From the human T2T-CHM13v2.0 reference genome, Homo sapiens, in contig CP068257.2 in NCBI GenBank assembly GCA_009914755.4, positions 2,752,001 to 2,816,000 of the forward strand: a DNA stretch of 64,000 nt, in the 5' to 3' direction. A program made the position numbers and the translations under genes. The notes beneath the pieces are model-generated. The model was not told the DNA's origin and did no database searches. It saw nothing but the letters and a program-made list of their open reading frames with translations. Within the stretch, counting starts at the first letter, position 1. The number at the start of each line of letters is the position of its first letter. Below, one piece after another: positions 48,228 to 61,440 of this stretch.

Positions 48228-48272
<45 letters not shown>

Positions 48273-48296
48273 TTTGCTTTCTTTTTTTTTTTTTCT
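48085..48296. repeat. (CTTT)n / (TTTC)n microsatellite; probably the expanded A-tail of the adjacent minus-strand Alu
   Basis: tttctttctttctttc... lies directly upstream of an Alu in minus orientation. Confidence 0.85.
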
Positions 48297-48900
48297 CCCT
48301 TGAGATGGAGTCTCACTCTATTGCCACGCTGGAGTGCAGTGGGACGATCTCGGTTCTCTGCAACCTCTGCCTCCTGGGTTCAAGCGACTCTCCTGCCTCA
48401 GCTTCCTGAGTAGCTGGGATTGCAGGTACATGCCACCATGCCCAGCTAATTTTTGTATTTTTAGTAGAGATGGGGTTGCCAGGCACAGTGTTCCATGCCC
48501 GTAATCCCAGAACTTTGAGAGGTCGAAGTGGGTGGATCACTTGAAGTCAGGAGTTTGACACCAGTCTAATCAATATGGTGAAACCCCGTCTCTACCAAAA
48601 ATATAAAAATTAACTGGGCATGGTGACATGAGCCTGTAGTCCCAGCTACTCGGGAAGCTGAGACAAGAGAATTGTTTGAACCTGGGAGGCGGAGGTTACA
48701 GTAAGACTAGATGGTGCCACTGCACTCCAGTCTGGGTGACAGAGCAAGATTCTGTCTCAAAATAATAATAATAAATAAATAGTAGAGAGGCGGGGTTTCA
48801 CCACGTTGGCCAGGATGGTCTTGATCTCCTGACCTCGTGATCCACCCGCCTCGGCCTCCCAAAGTGCTGCGATTACAGGCCTGATCCACCGCACCCGGCC
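48296..48900 (-). mobile_element. Minus-strand Alu (48296-48476 and 48771-48900) interrupted by a nested plus-strand Alu (48478-48770), which is flanked by the target-site duplication tagtagaga(t/g)g..ggggtt
   Basis: The outer Alu is gagatggagtctcactct..cccagctaatttttgtatttttagtagagatggggtt | ...| tagagaggcggggtttcaccacgttggccaggatggtc..cacccggccgg. The inner Alu is gccaggcacagtgttccatgcccgtaatcccagaactttgagaggtcgaagtgggtggatcac...aataataataaataaatag. Confidence 0.85.
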
Positions 48901-51900
48901 GGTTGTGCTCATTTTTGAGGATAACTTTTATTGTCACCAGAGTGTGCATGAGTGTTAGAATCTCACCTGTTTGCTGGGCCCTGTTAGGACACTATGTACC
49001 TCCTGTGGGCCTTGTAGAGTATGCATTAAACATAATACACTCTGAGGTCTTCATGCTGATATGAACCTATGATCATACCTGTGGCCATAAGCCCAGGTAT
49101 GAGAGTCAACATCTCTCCAGCTGGCTGGATCCAGATAAGAGGATCTTTACTTGGCTGTAAACTGGGTTCAGAAATAAGTCACTATCCCAACTGTGACTGG
49201 ATGTTCACATGTGATAGTTACAATTCCCGCTGTGGACGGCACTCAGGTATGAGGTTTAGACCTCCCTAATCACCTCTGTTCCTGTGTAGGAATGACAATT
49301 CTGATGATTGGTGGGTGTGCACACAGAGAACACAATCTCACCTGTGTTCTGGGCCCTGTGATGACACTGTACCATCTGAGTGCTTTACAGGATATGCAAG
49401 AGTGCTTATTTTCTCTGACCTTCATAGTAAGAGAAGACCCATAATTTTGCACATTTTGTAAAGCCTGGATATGAGACAAAGTATCTCTCCTATTGGTTGG
49501 TTTAAGGTATGAATGTCATCATCACACCTACATGCTAGGCCAAAATATATGTGACAATCTCACATTTGAGTAGTCAGCAAGCAGGAGGGTCTCATCACCT
49601 GGGTCATTGTCAGGGATATGTCACATTCTCCCCTGAGGACAGGGACAAGGCAAGAAAGTCACATCCCTAGGTATTCTGCCAGGGATATGTTCTTGTTCCC
49701 TCCTGAAAGCATGACACATGCAGCAGAGTCACCTCACCTGGGTTCTGGGTCCAGCGATATGTCACAATTTTCCCTGTGAGCAAGGCACAGGCAGGAGAAA
49801 CACATCACCTGTTTGCTGGGCCCAGAAATATGCTACAGTTTTTCTTGTGAGCAGGGCTCAGGCAGAAATGGGGGAATCACATTTTCTAGGTGATAAATGC
49901 AGAGCTATGTCACAAGGTCCCCAGTAGTCAGGGCCTTGGCAGAAGATTCCTATTGTCTAGGCGATTGGCCCAGTGATACAACACAATAGCTAAATTATGC
50001 AGGGCCCAAGGCAAAGAGGAGAGTTGCATCACCTAAGTGATGAACAAAAAGATATGTCATAATACCCAGGTGGAAATGGGCCATGCAGGTAAGTCACACT
50101 ACCTAGGTGTTGGACCCAGTGATATGTCACAATACACAATATATGCAGGGCCCAGCCAAGAGGGGAGAGTCAAATCACCCAGGTGCTGGGCCCGATGATA
50201 CATTGTAATCTGTCTTTGGTCAGAGCCCTAGCAGTAGAAGAAACTCACATCACCTCCATGCTGAGGTCAGCCATATGTCACAATAACCCTGAGAAATGAG
50301 CCCAGGAAAAGAGTCACATCATTTAAGTGAGAGGCCCATAGATATTTTCAATTCCTCCTGTGGGTAGTCCTCAGTAAAAAGACAGTCACATTAGTTAGAG
50401 TCTGTCCCCAGCGATGTGTAAGAATCCCAGCTGTGAACAGGCACCAGACAGGACAAGAGAGTCCCATCACCTGGGTGAACAGTGCACAGATATGTCACAA
50501 TGACCCCATGTAGGTAAAGTCTAGACAAGAGTTACATCACCTGGGTGTTGGACCCAGCAATATGTCACAATGGCTCATGTGGGCAAAGCACAGGACACAG
50601 TCATATAACAAAGTGCCAGGACCAGTGTTAGGTCAGGATACCCTTTATGGGCAGTGCCAAGACAGGAGATTAGAAGCATATTAATTAGATGCTGGATTCA
50701 AGGATATATCACAATCTCATCTGTGGGCTACACCCAGGCAAAAAAGTCAAATCACTCAGGAGCTGGCTAGAGGTGTACGTCAGAATCACACCTGCAGGAA
50801 GGTCCATGGATGAGATTAACAATCCCTCATAAGTGCCAGTTCTGGATATGAGAGTGAACGCCTCCTGTATGTTGTATCTATGTGCATAAGTCACAATCTC
50901 AATGGAGGAATGGGTTTTTTCCATGAGAGCCTTAATCCCTTTTGAAAACTGAGTTATCTTAGTGGACTCACAGCCTCACAAGTGTTTTGGATCTTGGTCA
51001 GGGAGTCACAAACCCACTTAAGGACAACATCCACTTATTAGAGCCAATTTTCCAACTTTTGACTGCCTCTGGGTGTGAGTTTCAGAACCTCAATTATGGT
51101 CCATGTTCGTGTGGGAGAATGACAATTTTGACAGATGGCTGGGCTCAGGCAGGAGCCTTTCATCCTGCAGGTGTTGAGACAAAGGATATGATACAACACC
51201 TAAAATATGCTGGGTGCAGGCAAAAGAGGAGACTCATATTAGCTGGTTGCTAGGTCCAGTTATATGTCACCACCTCCCTTTTTGGCAGGGCTAAGGAAAA
51301 AGAGGAGAGTCAGAGCTAAAGAAATGTCATAATGTCCCTGCGGGTAGGGCCTATGCATGAGAGTTGCAACACCTAGTCATTGAACCCAGCCATATATTAT
51401 AATACACAATGTATACAAGGCCCAGGCAAGAAAGGAGAGAATATCACATAGGTACTGTGTCCAGCAATATGTCACCATACCCCCCAGAGGGGAGGCTCCA
51501 GGCAACAGGATAACATTACCTAAGTGAAGTGCCCAGAGAGATGTTTCAATGACCCTGGTGGGTAGGATTTTGAAAAAAGAGAAGTTACAGAACCTAGGGG
51601 CTAGGCCTAGCTATGTATCACATTCATCTCCAAGATGGAGCCCAGATATGGGAGAAAAGTCACATGATGTAGGTACTGGGCAAAGTAATATGTCACAATC
51701 CTTATGTGAGCCGGCCATAGGAAGAAGTAGAGAGTCACATAGTCTAGATGATGGGCCCAGAGGCATTTGACAATGACTCCTGTAGGTAGGGACCAGGCAG
51801 AAGAATCACATCACCCCTGTGCTGTTCCCAGTTATAAGTCACACTTCCTTCTGTGGGCATGCCCCAGGCAAGGAGAGGAGTCACATCATCCCGGTGCTAG

Positions 51901-53689
51901 ACCCAGGGTTATGTCACAATCTGTCTTATGGGCAATGCTCAGGTAAGAGAGGAGAGTTGCATCAAATAGATGATGGACCCAGAGGTATGTCACGATGCCT
52001 TCTGTGAACTCGATCCAGGCAGAAGATTCACATCATCAACTTGGTGCTAAGCCCAGCAACGTCTCACAATCCCTTCTGTGTAAAGGGACCAGGCAGGAGA
52101 AGAGAATCACATTACCAGGCTGATGAGCACAGAGATATGTCACAATGCCCCTGTAAGGCAGGGCCCAGGCTGTTGGGTTACATAACCTGAGTAGTGGACC
52201 CAGCAATATAACACAGTGTCCCATATGGGCAGTGCACAAGCCGGAGAGTCACATAACCTGGATGCGAGGCCAAGCTATATATAGCAACGCTTCCTGAGGG
52301 CAGCGCCAAGGCAGAAGAGGAGACTCACATCTCCGGGTGCAAGGTCTAGCGATATGTCAAAATGCTCACTGTGGGCAGTGCCAAGGAAGGAGAATAGAGT
52401 TACACCCTCAATGTGCTGGATCCAGCAATATGTTAATATCCCATCTGTGGGCTGGGTCCATGTGAGACCATCAAGTCACTCAGGTGCTAGGCACCGGCAA
52501 ATTTCACCATGAAAGCTGCAGAATGGTCCAGGAATTAGATTAACAATCCCACAACTGTCTCAGTTGTAGGCATGACATTCAACACCTCCTGTATGTTGGG
52601 TCTAAGCTCACGAATAACCCTCTCAACACCAGACTGGATTTGTGCATGAGAGTCTCAATTCCTCTGCAGACTGACCTGTGTTCCCGTGAGAGGATGACAA
52701 TAGTTACTGTTGGCTGGGTGTGCATATGAGTGTCACAATCTCACCTGTGTGCTCGGCCCAGTTAGCACGCTCTGTGTACTACCCAATGGCCCTATACACT
52801 ATGCATGAGAGTCGTAATCAACTTTGACACCTTCCTAATGGTAGGGACCCATGATCGTACTTGTAGCATTAAGCCCGGTATGAGAGTCAACATCATTACA
52901 ATTAACTAGGTCAGGATAGGAGAGTCCTCCCTTGCCTATGAGCTGAGTTTAGATGTGGGCCACCATTTCAACTCTGGTTGAATGTTTATATATGAACACG
53001 GGCCTAACACCGAGGTGATGTGAGTCTTTGGCCTAGACACTTCAAGCAGGAGGCAAAGTGACATATCTCTGGGTCTATCAACTATTTGATGTGACCTTCC
53101 TTTTTTACCTGAGCTTTCCCCATAAAAGAGATGTGACATATGTCTAGACAAAGCACCTGGGTGATGTGACTCTCCTTTATTGACTGAGCCCTGTGTATTT
53201 TGGGTATTCTGACGTATCCCTGGACCTAACTTCTGGAAGATAAGAAGATCCAACATGGGCCCTGCCTAAAAAGTTTCTTGTGACAAATTTCTACATGAAT
53301 CACCTTGGAGATTTGACTCTCCTCTCTTACCCGAGTTTTGCCCATAAGAGAGATTGTTACGTACCTCTGCAGCAAGCACCTAAATGCTGTGGCTCTTCTT
53401 TCTTGCCCGGGTCATGCCCACAGATGAAAGAGTGGCTTATCGCTGTGTCCAGCACACCGGTTATGTGATTATGCTGCCTGATCTCTGCTCACAGGAGCCA
53501 TTGTGACATATCCCTGGGGCCAGAAACTATTTAACACGATATCTTCAATGACCTTAACTTGTTGCCTGGGATAAGTTGTGACATATCTCTGGATCCAGCA
53601 CCTAGGTGATGCGACTCTCCTTTTCTGCATGGGCTATGCTTACAAGAAGGAGGCTGACTTATTGCTGTGTTGACAACTGATGTGATACC

Positions 53690-54460
53690 TCTGTTCTTGT
53701 CTTCTTAGTTTTTAAGAATTTAAACAAGAGACACAAGGAAAAAAAGTACAGCATAATTTATTGGAAAAGAAAATACTTGAAAATTAAGTGCAGATTACAG
53801 TACACCCTGAGAGAGATACTCCAGGGCGGGCTGCTCGTAAGAGTGAGACAGCGTGGACTGTCGCTGGAGAAACCCCCTTACGGGAGTTTTACATTATTAT
53901 TAATAAGGTGGAGGGAAGAGGAGTTGCTTATAAGCATGTTCTGAGTGATATTCTGGGTGCACATACGCAGTGACTATACATGCTTGTTCATATGTTGCAT
54001 GTCTCGTTAGCATCTTAGATCTCCACCCAGGAGTGTATTTCTGTTTGTTTGTTTGTTTGTTTGTTTGAGACAGAGTCTCCCCGTGTTGCCCAGGCTGGAG
54101 TGCAGTGGTGTGATCTCTGCTCACTGCAACCTCCGCCTCCTGAGTTCAAGCCATGCTCATGCCTCTGCCTCCAGAGTATCTGGGATTACAGGCATGCACC
54201 ACCATACCCTGCTAATTTTTGTATTTTTAGTTGAGACGAGATTTCACTATGTTGGCCAGTCTAGTCTCAAGCTTCTGGTTTGAAGTGATCCATCTTCCTC
54301 AGCCTCCCAAAGTGCTAGGAGTACAGTTATGAGCCACCTTGCCTGGCTAGGGCCTATATTTTTTGCTATTAAAATAAGCGAAAGTTAAGTTTGAGGACAG
54401 GTGAAATCAAAATGCACATGCTTTCTAGAACAGAAAGTCCTTAATGAGGATAACTTTGCT
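53690..54460 (+). repeat. Copy 1 of a roughly 450-bp dispersed repeat of unknown family, interrupted by the Alu at 54048-54348
   Basis: 53690-54040 plus 54349-54460 aligns with 57015-57500 (ttcttgtcttcttag..aagaatttaaaca..agtacagcata..tgagacagcgtggactgtcgctggagaaaccc..gtgaaatcaaaatgcacatgct). Confidence 0.7.
54048..54348 (-). mobile_element. Alu element with a (GTTT)n-modified tail
   Basis: gtttgtttgtttgagacagagtctccccgtgttgcccaggctggagtgcagtggtgtgatctc...cctcccaaagtgctaggagtacagttatgagccacc. Confidence 0.9.
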
Positions 54461-57014
54461 TGAATAAGCCCAATTACAATGCGAATGCTACGGCTTATTG
54501 TGTTGGCTGTACAGTCACCATGGTTTCTGTATCCTGAGATCATGGTCATTTTCTGTACTATCTATTCTGCCTCAATTTCCCCCTAAGAGATTTTAGGGCA
54601 ATAATCATATTGGAGGTTGAGGGGTTAGGCCATTATTTCTGGAGCTGTTTCCTGCTGAGTGGGTGTTACTTCTGCCTAGCCTGGGCCTTAAAGTTTCTTC
54701 CTGTGTGATCTAACAGGGTGTAAACCATGTCGTTCGTGGAACCAGTGGGAAGATGTTGGCAACCAAAGGTTGAAAGCCTTGCAAAACCATCATGCAAACA
54801 TGGAGTTGCCGTAAGCAAGAGAGCAAGAAATCAGTTAACATTTTAAACAAAATTGGAACAAAACTAAAAGCTGAAAATATAATAATGACTGGTACTATTA
54901 AAGAGAGCAAGGCAGACAATGGACATCGCTTTCATGTTCCCATGGAAGTTCCTAGAGATTCAATTTTGTCTGCCTGGGTGATGATATTATTAATATTTTC
55001 TTCAACTAAACCAGACTGATTGATCTCAAAAACAGCATTCTTCTTTTAGATATAAACATGTTCCTCTTTACCCGGCTGGGAGAAGATCCCAGGCTCCTTG
55101 GTTTTGTCGGACTACAGTGGCCATGGAGTCCAGATGTTGTTGAAGTCTATTGAGGCCCTCTGCTGCTTGTTGGGGACCCATTGAGTTTTCCTGAGATAGT
55201 TTCTATTGGATTCCCGAGGCTCCACCTTATGGTGACATTTGTGCTGCAAAGGAATTCTGCATTGAAATGGTGAAAGCAGCAAAAGTTTTAAGTCTTTTCT
55301 ATTTTTTGCCAATAAGCAAAAGTTTTCTGCAGCTACGTGGTCAGCAGTCATTGGGTCCATTTATGGATGGTGAAGTTGAATGGCGGTCAAAGTTAGAGCC
55401 TGGAAGGCTTCAGTAAATGCGCTGAAGTTCTTTGGGAGCCATCAGAGCTGTTGCTTGCATTGGATTAGATCATTTATTGAGAAGAGAACAAGCACTCTGA
55501 TGGTCCTCTCTCCATTTGGGACTTTCTGTAAGGGGATCAAATTCTCTGGCCCTGCATGGGGTGAAGTTCCACCGCGAGTAACTACAGCTGGGCTGGTCAC
55601 TATTATACCTGGCAAAGGCTGATAGAGAGGAGCATAAGGAGGAGGTGAAACAAGCTTAGATTCTACAGAAGACTCTGATAGTGTGGGGATGCTGCGGATT
55701 CTACAGGAGGTGTAGGCCCCTGAGGGTCCCTATCTGGAGCTGGTGTTGGGCTGTTGGGTCTGGGGTCCCTTCCCCTTAATAAGAGATGATCTTCTAATGC
55801 TTCTGAGGGGCTTTGTGGCTTACTAGGCTTTAGCCCACAGGTGCTGCATAGAGCTGGGTTTTGTTGTCAGGCCATAAAGGTTTGCACATAGGATATTTCA
55901 GACCATTTTCCCTGATTTCTACAGAAAAGATCTAGCTGTAGGAGGGTGTTAAAGTTCACAGTCTCATTCCCCAGCCATGTTTTGTGAGCTAATCTGTATG
56001 CAAGCAAAATAGTATTACAAAAGAAGATAAGTTTTTTCTTTTCTTTTTTTTTTTTTTGGTTCATCTAGCCAAAAGCTGTTTCAATTTTTAAATATACATC
56101 CCAGGGGTGTTTCAATGACAGTAGAGGAAGCGGCTCCCATGGTGCCGACAGGATCTTGCAACGTCAGAATATGTACTAAAGTCCAGGAGGCCATGGGCAT
56201 CACAATGGGACAAGTGGAACCACCAAGGTGTCCAGCACAGCCCCTCGAGACCCCATTAACTGAAGCTCTAGGAGGTCATAGGCATGTGCCATACACCGTC
56301 CTATCTCTCACCAGCGCTGCACATCTCCAGCCCTGCCGAGATGACCCCCACTGCTGGCTGGGGGGCAGATGTCTGGCTGACAAGCCTTTCCCTAATTTAC
56401 TGGTTTGCAATTTATGATGCCGAATTATAACACCTGCAATGCTCAGATTCAAACCCCACGACCGGGCATCTACATGACTTTGAGTCGTTTGTTCAGCAAA
56501 GAAAACCTGTTGAAGAACAATTTCAAGGAGGTGGGAAATGCATAAAGCCTGAAGGGACAGGGTTCTCTTAATATTCCACTCAAAACAAAACAAGACAAAA
56601 CTGTAAACAGAAAACCCGATCAGAAAATAAAGTACAATAGCCACTAGGTGGCGATCGAGTATTGCCGAAGGGACAGCAAACGATAAGCTGAGTCTGAAGT
56701 GTGGCCAGAAAGATGTGAAACTAAGCAGCAAACTAGCCCGAATATGAAATGTTGAGAGCAACCCATGCGGTGAGTGTCATTTATGGATAGTACAGATGCA
56801 GCAGCCAAAAGGAGAGCAGACATATATTCTCTCTCTAGAGAATATAGGTGATTTAAACACGTTTCCCCCAGAACTTTAGTGAAACAGCGCTGGAACAACC
56901 AGCGATAGTTAACCAGGTAGTCTGGAAGTGCCATAGTATTCACTGCAAGAAAAGGGAAACTGAAATTAATGAAGCAGACAAACCTCTCTCCGGGCCATGG
57001 CAAAAGAAATGTTG

Positions 57015-57500
57015 ATGGCTGATGTAATACCTTGGTTCTTATCTTCTTAGCTTAAAAGAATTTAAACAGGAAACATGCAGCAAAAGAAGTACAGCATAGA
57101 GTAATTTATTGCACACAAAAAAGAAAAGAATACGTTGAAAATCAAGTGCAGAATAGACGGTACAGTCTGAGAAAGAGATTCCAGGGCAGCCTGCTCATAA
57201 GAGTGAGACAGCATTAATTGTTGCTGGAGAAACCCTCCTTCTGGGAGTTTTACATGATTATTCATAAGAAGGTGGAAAGAAGTGTTATAGAAGGCATGCT
57301 TTGAGTGGTCTTCTGGGTGCACATGTGCAGTAGCTGTACATATTTTTGCATATGTTTCATGTCTCATTAGCATGCAATGACATTTCACCCAGGAATGTGT
57401 TTTTACTTGTTAAAATGAGCAAAGGTTCAGCTTGAAGACAGATAAAATCAAAATGCACATGCTCTCTAGACGTAAAAGTCCCTACTGAAGATAGTGGGTT
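57015..57500 (+). repeat. Copy 2 of the roughly 450-bp dispersed repeat of unknown family
   Basis: See 53690-54460. The two copies are about 80% identical by eye. Confidence 0.7.
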
Positions 57501-58299
57501 TCAAACGACCCCAAGTGCTCCACAACTTAAAAGTCGCTCCCACGAACCTGGAACACTATCTGTTCCTGAGGGATCAGGTCCCATTTGTGTCTCTGAGACA
57601 CTGGCAAGTGAGGCACGACTTGGGATGAGACCGATGATTTTAATTGTAAAATGCCTAAATAGTCAGCAGCTTCAGGTTACATTTTGGAGCTTGTCCACTT
57701 AAATGGGTTGATGAAAATGGCTCACAAAACTCACGCCTTGGAAAGCGGGTTTTCTCCCTTGCTCTTAGATTTTCTGCAACCCATTAAACTAACTTCCTGA
57801 TGCCTCGACTTTCACATTCGTGAAAAAGGCGCCATTGAGAGTGACGTTTCCAGGAAGGCTCAGCCCTTGTCAGCCCCTGCAGAGCTCTGAAGCTGTTCAC
57901 AAGCAGGCCATGTGGAAGATTTCTCTCAAAAGCCATTGAGCACGCGCTCTGGCTAGAGAAAAAAGAGGGCTGCTGCACAATGGACAGTGTCTCAGACATC
58001 AGGACAGTTTCCACAGTAGTTTAGGAAAAAAGGCAGTGCCCTGAGCTGCAGAAGGTGCAATGCTCTGGAAGGAACCCTGGGTGCAGCTGAAAGAGGAACC
58101 TGAGAAGCATAGGGCCAATCGGGTGAGGATAACCCGCCTGATTTGGGCAAAGGTAAGGTGCCTACATAGGGTAATACCCTCCTCAATGCTCAGCCCAGAC
58201 CTGTCCTCCAGGTCCACCTCTGTACTCACTCTCTGTGGCAAAGAGTCGGCATAGCATAAGAACTCAGCAATGCTTTGGACACTGGGAAGTCCACACCGC

Positions 58300-59580
58300 T
58301 CTGTCCCTCCCTCCAGGTCTATGCACCCCGGATCCCGGTATATGCTGAGATTATGGTTCTGAAGCCCACCGACAAATAGGCTGAGAGCAGTTAACGGACT
58401 ACAGCTCCCAGCATATTAGGTGGGGCATGTACAACTTTGCCCCTTCTTCCAGGGCTATGCCTTACCCCGGAGACTGGCGCATGCTGGGATTGTAGTCCTG
58501 TAGCCATTTGACCAAAGGGCTGTTAGTGTTTATGAGAATACAACTCCCAGCAATCCTAGGGAGGAGCACACAGCCCCGCCTCTTCCCCCAGTGATACGCA
58601 TTGTCCCTGAGACAGGTGCATGCTAAGATTGTAGTCCTGAAGCTCTGCGACCAAAGGGCTGGGAGTGTTTATGAGCATATATCTCCCAGCAAGCCTAGGA
58701 AGACGCACACAGCCCCGCCTCTTTTTCCACTGACGCGGACTGTCCCTGACCCCAGTGCATACTGGGATGGTAGTCCTGCATCCCTGTGATGAAAGTTCTG
58801 GGAGTCTCTATGAAACTACCTCTCCCAGGAAGCAGAAGGAGGGGTCCACAGCCTAGCCTTTTCCTCCAGTAATGCGCACTGTCCCTGAGCTGGGTGCATG
58901 CTGGGATTGTAGTCCTGCAGCCCGGTGATGAAAGGTCTGGGAGTGTTTATGAGACTACATCTCCTACCAAGCCCAGGAGGTGCACACAACCCTGCCTCTT
59001 TCTCCAGTGACGCCAACTTTCCCTGAGCCCGGTGCATGCTAGGATTGTAGCGCTGCAGCCCTGTGACAAAAGGGCTGTGAGTGTTTATGAGACTGCATCT
59101 TCCACCAAGCCCAGAGAGGCGTGCAGAGCCTCGCCCCTTCCTCCACTGATTAGCGCATGCTCCCTCAGTCCCATGCATGCTAGGATTGTAGTGCTGCAGC
59201 CCTGTGACCAAAGGGCAGCCCAGTGACCAAAGGGCTAAGAGTGTGTGAGAATACATCTCCGAAAAAGCATAGCGAGAAGAGCACAGGTCCACTTCTTCCT
59301 CCACTGAGGCGCGCTCTCCCTGAGCACGGTGCATGCTGGGATTGTAGTCCTGAAGCCCTGTGACAAAAGGGCTGGGAGAAATAATGAGACTACATCTCCC
59401 AGAAAGCCCAGCGAGACGCATGTACCCCTTTCTCTTCCTCCATTGAGGCGAACTGTCCCGGTGCCCCGTGCATGCTGGAATTGTAGTCCTACAGCTATGT
59501 GATGAAAGGGCTGGGATTGGTTATCAGAATGCATCTCCCAGCAAGCCCAGCGAGGCACGCACAGCTCCACGTCTTCCTCC

Positions 59581-59633
<53 letters not shown>

Positions 59634-61440
59634 CCCTGAACTCGCTGCATGCTGGGATTGTAGTCCTGCAGCCCTGTGACCAAAGGGCCAAGAGTGTTTA
59701 TGAGACTACATCTCCCAGAAAACGTAGGGAGAGGCACACAGCCCCACATCTTTTCCCAGTGACGCATACTGTTTTTGATCCTGATACATACTGGGATTGT
59801 AGTCCTGCAGCCCTATGACAAAAGGTCTGAGAGGCTTTATGAAACTACATTTCCCAAGAAGCGCAGCGAGGTGCGCAGAACCTTCCCATCCTTATCCAGT
59901 GAAGGGGAATGTCCGTGAGCCCCAAGCATGCTGGGATTGTAGTCTTATAGCACTGTGAGCCAAGGGTAGGGAGAGGACACGAGACTACATCTCCGAGAAA
60001 ACCTAGGGAGACGCACACAGCCCCACATCTTTTCCCAGTGACGCATGCTGTTTTTGATCCTGATGCATTCTGGGATTGGAGTCCTGCAGTCCCGTGACAA
60101 AAGGTCTCAGAGTCTTTATGAAACTACATTTCCTAGCAAGTGCAGCGAGGTGCACACAACCTTCCCCTCATTCTCCAGTGATGTAGACTGTCCGTGAGCC
60201 CCAAGCATGCTGGGATTGTAGTCTTATAGCACCGTGACCAAAGGACAGGGAGAGGCCATGAGACTACAACTCTCAGGAAACCCAGCAAGGCGCACACTGC
60301 CCGGCCTCTTTCTCCTTAGACTAGCGCACTGTCACTGAGCTGGGTGCATACTAGGAATGTATTCCTGCAGCCCTGTGAGCAAAGAGCTGGGAGTGTTTAT
60401 GAGAATACATCTCCCAGTACTCCCAGGAGGTGCACACAGCCCTGCCTCTTCCTGCAGTGACTAGCGCACTGTCCCTGAGCTGGGTGCATGCTGGGATTGC
60501 AGTCCTTGGCGATCTATGACCAAAGGGCTAGGAGTGTTAATGAGACTACATCTCCCAAAAAAGCAGAGTGAGAAGCGCACAGCCCTCCCTCTTCCTCCAG
60601 TGACGTGTGCTGTCCCTGAGCCCAGTGCATGCTGGGGCTGGAAGTGTAGTCCTTCAGCCCTGTGACGATAGGGCTGCGAGGATTTATGAGAATACATCTC
60701 CCAGCAAGCCCAGCGAGTAACAAACAACCCCGCCTCTTCCTCCAGTGACGCGCAATTTCCTTGAGCCCGGTGCTGGCTGGGAGTGTAGTCCTGCAGCCCT
60801 GTGACCAAAGGTTTGGGAGTATTTATGAGAATACATATCCCACCAAGCCCAGCGAGACGTGTACAATCCCTCCTCATCCTCCAGTAACGCGCACTATCCT
60901 TGATCTTGGTGCATACTGGGATTGTAGTTCTGCGGCCCTGTAATGAAAGGTCTGGTGACTTTATGAAACTACATCTCCCAGCAAGCCAAAGGAGGCACAC
61001 AAAGCTTTGCCTCTTCATCCAGGCACACGCACTATCCCTGATCCCGGTGCATGATGGAAATGTAGTCCTTCAGCCCTGTGACCAAAGGGCTGGGAGTGTT
61101 TATGAGACCGCATCTCTCAGCAACTAAAGCAAGGCCTGCACAGCCCCGCCTTTTCCTCCAGTGACGCTCACTGTTCACTAAGGAGTGTTCATGAGATTAC
61201 ATTTTCCAGCAAGCCCAGCGAGTTATGCACAGCTCTACCTCTTCTTCTAGCGACGCGCACTGTCCCTGATTCCGTTGTATGCTGGGATTGTGGTGCTGCA
61301 GCCCTGTGACAAAGGGGCTGGGAGTCTTTATAAGACTACATCTCCCAGCAAGCCCAAGAGGCTCTCACAGCCATGCACCACCCCCTCCCGCCCCACTTTT
61401 CCTTCAGTGACGCGCACTGTTCCCTGAACATGGTGTATAC
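58300..61440. repeat. 139-bp tandem repeat array of about 22 units (..gcatgctgggattgtagtcctgcagccctgtgaccaaagggctgggagtgtttatgagactacatctcccagcaagcccag..). A local dimeric higher-order structure of about 279 bp is visible at 59790-60250. An embedded (CA)n lies at 59588-59630. The array is possibly ACRO1-like, with the family unconfirmed.
   Basis: The anchor gattgtag recurs at 58488, 58627, 58766, 58905, 59043, 59184, 59341, 59478, 59656, 59795, 59935, 60074, 60214, 60356 and 60495. Alternating unit subtypes (gacgcatactgtttttgatcctgat vs gtccgtgagccccaagcatgc) give the dimer periodicity. Confidence 0.85.
59588..59630. repeat. (CA)n microsatellite inside a 139-bp unit
   Basis: acacacacacacacac... 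seen directly. Confidence 0.95.

Larger units (their letters stand above)
45185..53690. repeat. 61-70 bp satellite, block 2. It is organised as macro-units, each a roughly 450-700 bp head plus a variable run of monomers. Heads lie at about 45190, 48900, 50790 and 52540. Orientation flips back at about 52980.
   Basis: The head sequence (..tgcctttgggtatgggattcagagcctcaaaagtgaactatgatcatgtgaaagaatgacaat..) recurs with divergence, for example at 51040 and 52560. The monomer anchor gagtcacatcacct recurs at 62-73 bp spacing. The flip at 52980 restores the orientation tgtgacatat..ggtgatgtgactc. Confidence 0.8.

Noticed and set aside
47972-48409. 145-aa ORF encoding FLSFFLSFFL..., and the opposite-strand KKERKKERKK ORF
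   Set aside because: They are translations of the (CTTT)n/(AAAG)n microsatellite.
55112-57388. ORFs of 80-161 aa in the unique region (for example 56276-56761 minus)
   Set aside because: No recognisable protein similarity or gene structure is present. The ORFs overlap each other in different frames and the dispersed-repeat copy.
58816-61018. 201-aa and 185-aa minus-strand ORFs
   Set aside because: They lie inside the 139-bp tandem array and are repetitive translation of satellite units.
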